A stretch of DNA of 63,614 nucleotides, counting the filler, from Nemertoderma westbladi (Eukaryota; Animalia; Xenacoelomorpha): NCBI GenBank assembly GCA_032718475.1. It is 4 parts of 4 records of this genome, joined end to end, with 100 filler letters (N's around TTAATTAATTAA, not from the genome) between each part and the next. Parts side by side here need not be neighbours in the genome. Positions count along the whole stretch, not along the records: positions 1 to 24,233 come from JAUCBJ010002225.1; 3 more parts are not named here. One strand, 5' to 3'. The translations under genes and the position numbers were made by a program. Positions within the stretch are counted from its first letter, which is position 1; each line of letters begins with the position of its first letter. Of the stretch, positions 13,234-24,333 are shown piece after piece. The notes beneath the pieces were generated by a model, which was given only the letters and a program-made list of their open reading frames with translations, was not told where the DNA came from and did no database searches.

Positions 13234-14202
13234 ATGCCTAGTTATGAAAAATGTTTGGTTTGTAATAAAGAAATGAGACAAGACAATCTATCTCGTCACA
13301 TGGAAAGACATAGAAAGGATAAACTAATGGATCCATTACCAAAGAAATTTAAAAAATCCGAAGATATTTTTAGTGAAGATGAAAAGAAAAAGAGAGTTGA
13401 GCGTGATATATTAAAGATAAAACAGACAACGGAAAATAAATTTCATAAAGTTATGAATATTTTGAAAAGGATACAAAAACAGTTACCCCTAGAAAATGAT
13501 GAAAATTTGAGTGAGGAAAGTGAAGAAGAAGAGGACGATGAGATGGAGAATGAAAATAGTGAGGGTCAGGATGAAGTTGAAGAGAGTGAGGTTGAGAACG
13601 AAGTGAGTGAAGGTCAGGAAGATGACGAAGAAAGTGAAGGTCAGGAAGAGGGTGAAGAAAGCAAAGGTCAGGAAGAGAATGAAGAAAGCGAAGGTCAGGA
13701 AGAGAATGAAGACAGTGAAGGTCAGGAAGAGGATGACGAAAGTGAAGGTCAGAAAGAGGATGAAGAAAGTGAAGGTCATGAAGAGGACGAAGAAAGTGAA
13801 GGTCAGGAAAGTGAAGAAGATGATGAAAATGATAATAATAAGGAAATATTGAGACAATTACTTGGAAATAAGAATAAATTGCGGAAAATTATTAAACATT
13901 TAGAAGAGAATGATGAAAATAAAGAAGAGATATTGAGACAAATATTAGGAAACAAAAATCAAATACGGAAATTTATTAAACAAATGGAAGAAAATGAGGA
14001 AAATAGAGAAGAGATATTAAGACAGGTTCTGGGAAATAAAAGTAAATTACTGAAAATGAATGAACAATTGAATGAAATTAAGAAACAGTTGGTTAATGAG
14101 GAAGATGAAATTAAAGAAAATCAACCAGCTTTTACTTATTTTCGAAGACCTATAACATCAAACTCTCGTACAGTATTTGCTCGCGCAGGACGACACTATT
14201 GA
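13234..14202 (+). CDS. Intronless C2H2 zinc finger + acidic-repeat + helical-repeat protein (322 aa), possibly derived from a mobile element
   Basis: N-terminal CLVCNKEMRQDNLSRHMERH finger, a basic KKFKK/KKKR patch, about 8 copies of a 9-aa SEGQEEDEE repeat and three copies of N(K/R)EEILRQ(L/I/V)LGNK. A 969-bp open frame in very AT-rich DNA. Confidence 0.7.
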   Translation: MPSYEKCLVCNKEMRQDNLSRHMERHRKDKLMDPLPKKFKKSEDIFSEDEKKKRVERDILKIKQTTENKFHKVMNILKRIQKQLPLENDENLSEESEEEEDDEMENENSEGQDEVEESEVENEVSEGQEDDEESEGQEEGEESKGQEENEESEGQEENEDSEGQEEDDESEGQKEDEESEGHEEDEESEGQESEEDDENDNNKEILRQLLGNKNKLRKIIKHLEENDENKEEILRQILGNKNQIRKFIKQMEENEENREEILRQVLGNKSKLLKMNEQLNEIKKQLVNEEDEIKENQPAFTYFRRPITSNSRTVFARAGRHY

Positions 14203-14574
14203 CATTTGTTTGTTTGAGTTCCTTTCATAATAGTATTAGGACTATTTATCCATAACATTTATATTAGTATTAGGATTATTTATCCTTAATTATTATATTA
14301 GTATTATAAATGTATTTGCCAACAATATTTATTACTATTAGGTCTATTTATTCAAGAAATTATATGTTTTTATAATATATTTTGGAAAATTAGTCGACTA
14401 AGTCATAATTTTTAAAACTTTAAATAAGGGTGGAGTTATTTTATAAAGTTAAGAAGAGTGAATCAATGGAGGCAACATGAAGTCTAATCTCTTGACATTT
14501 ACTCGTAAGACCGCACATTAACTCCCAAGGTTGCATACTATCACTATAGCTGGGAGAGTCAAAGCTAGTGTACA

Positions 14575-15993
14575 GAAGTGAGGGAAGTGAGGGAGTGAGG
14601 GAGTGAGGGAAGTGAGGGAAGTGAGGGAAGTGAGGGAGTGAGGGAAGTGAGGGAAGTGAGGGAAGTGAGGGAGTGAGGGAAGTGAGGGAGTGAGGGAAGT
14701 GAGGGAAGTGAGGGAGTGAGTGAGGGAAGTGAGTGAGTGAGGGAAGTGAGGCAGTGAGGGAGTGAGTGAGGGAAGTGAGTGAGGGAAGTGAGGGAGTGAG
14801 TGAGGGGAGTGAGTGAGGGAAGTGAGGGAGTGAGTGAGGGAAGTGAGGGAGTGAGTGAGGGAGTGAGGGAAGTGAGGGAGTGAGTGAGGGAGTGAGTGAG
14901 GGAGTGAGTGAGGGAAGTGAGGGAGTGAGTGAGGGAAGTGAGGGAGTGAGTGAGGGAAGTGAGGGAGTGATTAAGGGAGTGAGTGAGGGAAGTGAGGGAG
15001 TGAGTGAGGGAAGTGAGGGAGTGAGTGAGGGAAGTGAGGGAAGTGAGGGAGTGAGTGAGGGAAGTGAGGGAAGTGAGGGAAGTGAGGGAAGTGAGTGAGG
15101 GAGTGAGTGAGGGAGTGAGTGAGGGAAGTGAGTGAGTGAGGGAAGTGAGGGAGTGCGTGAGGGAAGTGAGGGAAGTGAGGCAGTGAGGGAGTGAGTGAGG
15201 GAAGTGAGGGAAGTGAGGGAGTGAGTGAGGGAGTGAGTGAGGGAAGTGAGGGAGTGAGTGAGGGAAGTGAGGGAGTGCGTGAGGGAAGTGAGGGAAGTGA
15301 GGGAAGTGAGGCAGTGAGGGAAGTGAGGCAGTGAGGGAAGTGAGTGAGGGAGTGAGTGAGGGAAGTGAGGGAGTGAGTGAGGGAAGTGAGGGAGTGAGTG
15401 AGGGAAGTGAGGGAGTGAGTGAGGGAAGTGAGGGAGTCACTTCAGGGCTTCCCTCACTTCCCTCACTCACTCCCTCACTTCCCTCACTCACTCCCTCACT
15501 TCCCTCACTCACTCCCTCACTTCCCTCACTCACTCCCTCACTTCCCTCACTTCCCTCACTCACTCCCTCACTCACTTCCCTCACTTCCCTCACTTCCCTC
15601 ACGCACTCCCTCACTTCCCTCACTTCCCTCACTCACTCACTTCCCTCACTCACTCCCTCACTTCCCTCACTCACTCCCTCACTCACTCCCTCACTTCCCT
15701 CACTTCCCTCACTTCCCTCACTCACTCCCTCACTGCCTCACTTCCCTCACTTCCCTCACTTCCCTCACTTCCCTCACTTCCCTCACGCACTCCCTCACTT
15801 CCCTCACTCACTCACTTCCCTCACTCACTCCCTCACTTCCCTCACTCACTCCCTCACTCACTCCCTCACTTCCCTCACTTCCCTCACTTCCCTCACTTCC
15901 CTCACTTCCCTCACTTCCCTCACTTCCCTCACTTCCCTCACTCACTCCCTCACTTCCCTCACTCACTCCCTCACTTCCCTCACTCACTCCCTC
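14575..15993. repeat. GAGGGAAGT/GAGGGAGTGAGT satellite that inverts at about 15437-15448 to form a large imperfect palindrome
   Basis: G-rich on + over 14575-15437, a short spacer (cacttcaggg), then the reverse-complement C-rich units to 15993. Confidence 0.95.
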
Positions 15994-17204
15994 TCTAGAT
16001 AGCCGATTGCTAGTTGTGCCGACGCACTATTTGTTCAGAGTTGTGCCCTTTCAGTGGGACTGATTATTTGAAAATTGTGGTGACATCAATTCCTGTGCTA
16101 CCACTAGGGGGTGTGGTGTATAATGTGAGGGTAATGTGAGGGAGTGTGATATTGCTTTTTCGTCTTTGGTTATTTATTGATATTAAGTTTCTTTGATTGT
16201 AGGCACAACTTGGTGTCCGGAAACATCATATATCGTGTATAATTAAGGGGAATGACAAATTGAATATTTAAGATCGCGATGTTATATTATAGTGCTTTTA
16301 ATGAAACATCGAATATCACTAATTTTTAATTGTATAAGTTGTTGAACAAATTATATGAATGATGAATGGGAAATTATTTTTATTATATTTTTATTATAAG
16401 GTGGTCGATAAAGCAATTTCCAGGCTCAATTTCTTTGTAAATGTACGGTCTCAGGAATTCTTAGCATGCGAGTATTCCTAGCCAGTGGGTATTCTTAGTC
16501 TGCGAAACAATAACGTTTATTGTTTTGGTCCCCCCAATACTCCTCTGAAACCTGCTCCTTTGCTAACCTGCTCCTTTACTAACTCGCAATTTGAATCGCG
16601 AGATTTGAATCGATCGCGAAATTTGAATCATTGCTTCACGAAATAGAAGAAAAGGATTATTGTAATATTTCGTTTTATTCCATATCGTAACATCCAATCT
16701 TTTAACACCCTATCTCGTATAATCATGCCTCCCCCATCTCGTAGCACGTAATGCATTATTGTCAAAAAATTTGCAAAATAAACTTGGTCTCTAATCCGAT
16801 CTATAGACTCTTGGGTGTCCACAACGGTATTAGTACATAGAACAACAGATTGGCAATAATAATTTGCTACAAGCGTGCAATAATAAATACAAAAGGGTGA
16901 GTACAAAACAAATACACAAGACCCAAAAACTTAAGACCTGTAGGAAACACATGAGATAACTTTCGTTTATTGTTTTGGTTCCCCCAACTATGACTATGTA
17001 ACCTGCTCCTTTACTAACCTGCTCCTTTAAATGCCAATGAGACCTAACGCTCTTTGGGAGCTAACGCTACTTTACCTCTTAGTTTTGTAAGTCCTTGGTC
17101 TTCGTTTTGTACTGACCCAGATACAAGAGCAGAAAACCAGCTATATCGTCCTGCTACAACGTTACTAACTTCAGCAACTGTATCATAGACCTATTTGCCT
17201 TTAA

Positions 17205-17892
17205 CACTTTGCGTACCAACACGGTACGAGTTCATCACACGTATTGTCACGACACGTACTCGTGTTCATAATTCATGATAATGCTCATAATGCCGCATTT
17301 AAATACTGTAATTATAACTTAACCCCCATGGCAGCAAAGTGCCACCTTTACATATAATTATATAATATTATCCTGATCCCCAGGGTAGCAGTGTTTCGCC
17401 TTTATATAATTATAACCTAACCCTCATGGCGGCAGAGTGCCGCCTTTACATATATTATCCTGACTCCCATGGCGACAGGGTGCCGCCTCTTTATAAAAAC
17501 CTCTTATAACTTTCTTATAACTATTGGGGCGGATAAATGGAGTTCATATTCGTGTCGTGCAGGAAAAACTGGTCTAGAAAAATTAATTTATTGCTTGAAG
17601 GGATTCCTGTTGGTTTGATTAATTTTAAATTACATAGTTTATGCAATTTAATTTAAATTTAGCCAATAATTATGTTACAAATGATTAAGGCTGCAGTGTG
17701 CCCCCCGGAGTTCAAATGAAAGATTTATAAATTTCGAAAATGGTTAAAGGCGGCAGTGTGCCGCCTTTGAGGGTAGGATAAGTAATAATATGGTTATCCT
17801 CTTTATATATAACAACAAAATAAACCTTGGTACGATCAAATATACTTTCTTGGAAGTAAAAATCTTTATCTTTATCTTTGGTACACAAAGGG
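17205..17892. mobile_element. Non-autonomous piggyBac-like element (degenerate right end)
   Basis: TTAA|cactttgcgtaccaa at 17201; degenerate partner ttggtacacaaaggg at about 17878-17892; internal inverted gtgccgccttt/aaaggcggcag repeats. Related sequence at 61625-61766. Confidence 0.45.
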
Positions 17893-19149
17893 CTACACTT
17901 ATTTTCTTAAAATTTAATAATAGTTTGAGTAGGTTCTCCAGAATTTCGTTGCCATATTCGTAAACATGACGATTGTAATGTTGTGATAGACATAAGAGAG
18001 AGCATATTGCTTAAAATATATTAAATATAATATAAATATAATTTGCTATACAAATTTCTGGCTGCTTATATTGCATGCATATAGTCCAACAAAATCAAAT
18101 CAAGTCTCACACTGTTCATATAGGAATAAGCAATCAAAGTGTAATCTATGTACCCCTTTCGATATCGCTTAATGCACTGAATTCTTAATAATAATATACA
18201 ATTATTTCTTATATTTAATAAACTGTAATTTTATTAGGAAGAACTTTCACCTTTCTGTAATATAGTATACTTCTAAGAATACACCTCATTAGTAATAATA
18301 ATGTTATAAGTTTAATTAGATTGTTTACTCGGGCAAATGGGTGGCTTTTAATATAAATGCTATTTAATTATTTATTTAATACTAAATATTATTACCCTTA
18401 ACAAAGGATGTTACCCAATACATGAAAACTATTTTTTGCTCCAATCATGTCTTGATGAATAAAATATAAAAAAGTAGAAAGTTTCATGGGTGGTGCTAAA
18501 AATTCTGGAACATTTAATACAAAAATCGACACACCGACACTATTAATGGTATAGTACCCTATTAATTAAAAGTATAAAGAGACAAACATTTACTGATAAT
18601 TAATAGGTAGAGAACTATAGAGAAACCCCCCCACACAGCACAAATATCAGTTAAAAATTATAAAATAGAGTTAAGTACAGAAGAGGCGATGTAGATTAAT
18701 TAGCTGGTTGCTGCATATGACGTTCCTATCCTGTCTGGCCTTATGGCAGCCCAGCACCATCTTCCAGTCCAAGCCCACTTCTCCATTTGATGCGTGACCC
18801 ACGAACGCAATGGGATGCGCCTCGGATAAGGGCAAACTGGACTCGTGTCCTACTCTTACTGTCTTACTCGGGTAATTTGGTTAGCGCAAATTTGCGGGAT
18901 TTCCGGCATCGGGACCGGGCGGGATTATCACTCTCGGGATCCCGTATGCGTAAAACTTAACTATAAATAAACTTCAATAAACACTATATTACGTAACTAA
19001 CGGTCAACAGTCAAATTATTCATAAGCCACAATATTACTTACAAAATAATAAACTATCTTAATTCAATTTAATACGATGCAGAGAGGTTCCAACCACGAA
19101 GACTATAACAGTCTACAGTACGAAACCAAGACTTCTCCATTTGGCTGAA

Positions 19150-19460
19150 TATATATACCTTGCCTGTTTTGGCAAGTATATAAATATACCTTGCCTGTTT
19201 TGGCAAGTATGTAAGTATGCCTTGCCTGTTTTGGCGGCAAGTATATAAATATACCTTGCCTGTTTTGGCAAGTATATAAATACACCTTGCCTGTTTTTGC
19301 TAGTATATAAATATACCTTGCCTGTTTTGGCAAGTATGTAAATATGCCTTGCCTGTTTTGGCAAGTATATAAATACACCTTGCCTGTTTTGGCAAGTATA
19401 TAAATACACCTTGCCTGTTTTGGCAAGTATTTAAATATGTATTGCCTGTTCTGGTAAGTA
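19150..19460. repeat. 31-bp tandem repeat, about 10 copies
   Basis: Unit taccttgcctgttttggcaagtatataaata, with an internal cttgcc/ggcaag hairpin. Confidence 0.95.
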
Positions 19461-19620
19461 TTTGAATTTGATAGAGTATATTATAAATATGATGGAAACT
19501 TCCTGTAAGTTTCACGTGTAAGACAAATGTTGAATAAATTATAAAACAAAATATTATTTTATGGCTTTTTCCCTGGAGCAAAGAGTAGTACGGTAACGCA
19601 GGAGGAGTAAACGAACAAAT

Positions 19621-21672
19621 CGATGGCACCTTGACGAACAGTCGTATGTCATGTTTTGATGATTTTGAGAAAATGGCGTTTGAAAATTTTTAGTTTTTTA
19701 GTTATGCATAACCTGCAATCAACTTTATAAAACCGCTTCATATTTCATTGTAACAACAATTTTGATGAGGGCTTTCAGAAAAAAATGTAATTTTTCTATT
19801 TGAAGACTATGACGTCATTTAATGACGTCATATTTGAAATACGCCGTTTCGTCAAAAAAATATCAAGGGCTTTTGCCAAAATAAGTCAAGTACTATATTT
19901 TTACTTATAGCATAAGCCCGGTTCACAATGGAGCAATAAGGTCCTCCATTGTAATTCTGAATATAATTAATTATAGTTTTATTGCTAACTACTACTCTAC
20001 TAGGTCGAGCGAACTCGGACAGTGGAAATGAGATCCTCCCAGGCTTCCCGATTCTCCATAGTTGTCGCAATTTTGTTTCTCCCAAGTTCAGTATCCCTTT
20101 CAAGTTGATCTATATATGTTATGGCCGGTCCTCCACGACTACGCTTTCCATGAGTTGGTTGCCAGAAAAGTAGATCTGGTATGACCTCGTCTTTACTTCG
20201 CCAGCAGTGCCCACTGAATCGTAATCTGCGTTCACGGAGGGTGGTTGATATAGGTGGTATTGTACCATAAAGCTCGGCGTTTGTCATGTGTTGTCTCCAG
20301 CTGATGTTTAGGGCTGCCCTTAGTAGTCTTGTGTAGCAACCATCAATTCGTTGTTCAAGTGATTTAGTCAGAGTCCAGGTCTCACCCCCGTATAAAAATA
20401 CACTTTCCACTGTGGCTCGAAAGAACTTAGTCTTCAGGTGTCTGGAGAGATCTGATTTCCAGATGGTATCCATTTTTGATAGAGCTACCCAAGCCTTTGC
20501 TTTCCTAACTTCTATGTCCTTTTTGCTACTCTCTATCCATGATCCAAGGTACTGGAAGTCGTCAACCTTCCTTAGTTGATTACTATTAATGGTTGTCAAG
20601 TTTCCATCAACATTAAAGGTCATGAATTCGGTCTTGGTAGCATTTATATGCAATCCAACCTCCTTAGCAGCCCTCTCCACTTTATTTAGTAGAAGCTGTG
20701 CATCTGCTAGGGTATTAGAGAGCAGGGCGATGTCATCCGCAAAGTCGGTGTCTGTGACTGTAGTTGCCGGATTTCTACTACTTCTGCGTTCTTGAAGTGT
20801 GAATCCCAGGTCTTCACCCTTTGCGGCTGTCCTCATTGCGTAATCCAGCACAATTACAAATAGTAATGGTGCTAATGTATCACCTTGCAGTACCCCAGCC
20901 AGGATTGAGAAAAACTCAGTTTCACCATCTGGTGAGAGTACCTGGTTATTCTAACCAACACAACAATAATCGAAAGAGAAGTTACAGTTTCATTTTTGCT
21001 TCTAATAAGCTGTTATTTCCATCGATTTTCCCCTGGAGAGTTAAATGTTGATCTTCTGGGGGGATAAAGAAAAGTGTTGTATAATGAGAGTGTTTAACAT
21101 TGGAAGTAAGTGTGGCATCATCTCTGCCTTATATTAACAGCCAAGAGAGCGAGAGTGGAGCCTTTAGATTGCCTTTAGTGTTTTGTGTTTCACGTCCAAC
21201 AATAACTTTATTACTTTACAATATGAGCAGTGTTGTACCCACCCACTTGCATAAATAAATGTGTCATCAATTTTCCGTCAAGTTCAACTCTACTCTCATT
21301 GTTTTGGGCAAATTAGTTAATATTGCATATTGAAATATAAATAAAACATCAATATAACAATATTAGTAAGGTTTCTTACATTTTAATTCATATTTTTATA
21401 AACGTTAATAGGTCGTATTACAAGATAATCATTAACTAACTTTTTGACGAACAGACGTTTTGGAAAATGTTTCTTATACGACCTTTCGTCAAATTAAAAT
21501 TGTTTAGAAATGATTTCTGAAAACCGTTTGCTTTTTACTGTATAGTGTTTAATACTGAAGATATGAATACGAAGTTTTGTCAAAACATAGTTCCACCTTT
21601 TATGAACTCAAATACCCAATAAAGTCAAAATCGCAAAAGTTGCCAATACGACTGTTCGTCAAGATGCCATCG
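19621..21672. mobile_element. Non-autonomous DNA transposon with 27-bp TIRs and AAAT TSD (Sola1-like)
   Basis: AAAT|cgatggcaccttgacgaacagtcgtat ... atacgactgttcgtcaagatgccatcg|AAAT (1 mismatch). A 4-bp AWWT TSD is characteristic of Sola1. Confidence 0.75.
19988..20945 (-). mobile_element. 5'-truncated RTE-clade LINE (C-terminal half of RT) nested in the Sola-like element
   Basis: VLSPDGETEFFSILAGVLQGDTLAPLLFVIVLDY..DTDFADDIALLS..FQYLGS..LRFSGHCWR..WQPTHGKRSRG, followed by a (TAG)n-like tail after the stop at 20000. Confidence 0.92.
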
Positions 21673-21875
21673 AAATGTAATATGTCCTCTACTTAAAGTA
21701 ATTGAATTGCCGTACTACTGTAATGAGAATTTCAAAGATTTTTGAGTCAAATTTTAATAATTATCTCGAAACAGGAAATGTCTACATATTTGCATGTCTA
21801 CGTATTTGCATAGAGGATAAAACAAGCAGGAAACGAGCTGTATCAACAAATCAGGGTGATAATATAACAAGTATT

Positions 21876-22095
21876 ATCAAGTCAAGTCAAGTTTGTCAAG
21901 TCAAGTGATGTCAAGTCAGTATGTCAAGTCGTATGGCGCCAAGTCAAACTGCTATCAAGTCACGTGATGTCAATCAAGGCATTAATTATGAAGTGATGTC
22001 GAGTCCAATGATGTCAAGTCAAGTGTCATAAAACCAAGTGATATCAAGTCAAATAATTTAAATTGTTAAAAAGTGTTGTAAAGTCAAGTGAAGTC
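21876..22095. repeat. Degenerate (TCAAG)n microsatellite
   Basis: Repeated tcaagtcaag / tgatgtcaag motifs. Confidence 0.7.
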
Positions 22096-23915
22096 ATATA
22101 CCATCATGATAAATGACCATGATGTCTGTCACGGTTTTCTAATTATTGAAATGGCTTCCGTCAATTTGTTTCACCCACTGCATCGTACCCATCTTGTGAA
22201 GTTCCACCATAAGAGGCAGGCAAAGCCTCTTTTCTTTGTTTTAGCTTTTCCAAGGCTCGTCATTGTTAAAATTGATTTCTAATATTAAGGGGACCATTAT
22301 CTGATATTCATGATTCTGTATATAAAACAAGATTTTTTCACAATTTCTCAATTTTGACATTTTCCACTGTCAATTTTTTTATTTTTGTCCAAAAAGTTTG
22401 AGTCTACTCTATATATAGCATCTCTCTATATATATACTGTATATAGCTGCAAACTCAAAATATTATAAGTAAAAAATGTCAAACTGAAAAATGTTGTGTT
22501 TGGTTTGATAATTCTGAAGGTATACGGGTTTTCGATGTCGCTGAACAGGATGACACTAGTTATAAATATTTCTGGTATGTGCATGTGCAAATCCCATTTT
22601 GGTGCCATTCAAGTGCCCCAAAACGAAAACTACAAGTAGCACAAAATTATAAAGTGTTAAATTTTGACATTGGTTATAAATATCTATACTGGTTTTCAAA
22701 GTCGCTGATTACTACGATATAACTCGTAAAAAATCATTCGTGTTAACGCAACTATCATTTTTGCTGCTTGTCCGGTGGGACGGATAAATACAAATGGCGT
22801 TCAATTTCAAACGCCAAAAATCGAATTTAGTTCGATAATCCTATATTTTTGAGTGACCAGCGTCCCAGAAAACCCACAATGTCATAAAATCAGGTTGATT
22901 TGATAATCATTTTTGTATTATCCAATTAGTGCTACTTGTATTTTTCATGCCGCACATTGACACGTACATATCCATAAATTCCTTAATCAATAATGTACGA
23001 TATATTTCAGTGTTATATTCGTGATCAGTATCCCAAAAAACCTATATGGTCAGAAAATCAATTTGATTTAATTAAGGATAAATAAATCTTGTTTGTAATG
23101 CAAAACATGATTCACAATCGAAATACGGCCATCGCACAGCACAATATATAATATGTATATGAGATCATCCTCTGTGTTCATCCGTGGGAGTTAGTGTGGA
23201 GTCCAGTCCCCCTTGCCTTGTACGTAAATACAAGAAAAGGAAGCAAGTGAAAGAGTACCCTTAATATTGCCTCCAGTAGTGCTTCATATTCACAGATAAA
23301 TTTACATTACCCCGAATTATTATGAACCCGAATTTGTGGGGCAAAGGGCCTTCCAATTTACATCACAAATCAATATCGCCGCAGGCTGGCTTCCCCATCC
23401 ATTGCATTAGCTACACTACTGTCTGGCCAGCAGACATATATTCGCCTTTAAGCTCGATATATTGCCTTCTCTAACAATGGCATCGCCGTTCACTCCATGT
23501 AAATAATTAAATGTTCTAGAATATTTTATAGACAGCACGAATTCGCTGCCTAACTGCAGAGGAGAAATGTTCCTACAACTGGTGTTATAAATTCCATGAG
23601 ATAATTATAATCAATATTGATGGTGTCATTTGTTTGATGTTAGCACAACTATTACATGTTAGCAGAACTCTAGTCAATGATTTTTGAATGTTCAAGAAGA
23701 GGACGCTAAAGGGATACACGATTTTTTTCCCTCACATTTCAGGTATTGCAAAGTGGCACTTGTGCTAACATTACAAAGAGTACATGGGGACCCGATCAAA
23801 ACGTCGGACACATGTTCCTGATCAAATGTCAGCTCAACTTGTTATCACTATTTTTTTGTCACCACAACTGCCATTTTTGATAGCCAAATGTTAGCACAAC
23901 TGCCAGTTGGATATT

Positions 23916-23961
23916 CCTCACTTCCCTCACTTCCCTCACTTCCCTCACTCACTCCCTCACT
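23916..23961. repeat. Short dispersed copy of the CCCTCACTT/CCCTCACTCACT satellite
   Basis: cctcacttccctcacttccctcacttccctcactcactccctcact, the same units as 15449-15993. Confidence 0.85.
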
Positions 23962-24233
23962 CTCTTACACCGCAGTACACCGCAGTACCGGTACATTGGT
24001 ACTCAACGGCTACTGCGGCCCTAATGCCCTAATTTTAACCGGTATTTGTTATTGTTATTTGAAATTAGAAAATTATATATATAATTACCGTCTCTACCAA
24101 ATACAGAGACAATGAGTAACAATGACAAACATCCACTGTGCCTATCCGACTTAGCAGGGGTCAGCAGGCAGCATTTTCTTTCGAAAATTACCAAAGAGAG
24201 ATTATATGATGCCTTAGAGAACGCCGGCTTACT

Positions 24234-24333
24234 NNNNNNNNNNNNNNNNNNNNNNNNNNNNNNNNNNNNNNNNNNNNTTAATTAATTAANNNNNNNNNNN
24301 NNNNNNNNNNNNNNNNNNNNNNNNNNNNNNNNN
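24234..24333. other. Assembly gap with artificial TTAATTAATTAA six-frame stop linker
   Basis: 100-bp N block with a central ttaattaattaa, identical in design to the gaps at 44785-44884 and 58036-58135. Confidence 0.95.

Noticed and set aside
14565-16063. SEG/PSL-repeat ORFs
   Set aside because: Translations of the palindromic satellite.
24278-24289. TTAATTAATTAA between N runs (also in the 44785 and 58036 gaps) as a biological motif
   Set aside because: It is identical and centred in three 100-bp gaps and has stops in all six frames, so it is a scaffolding linker.
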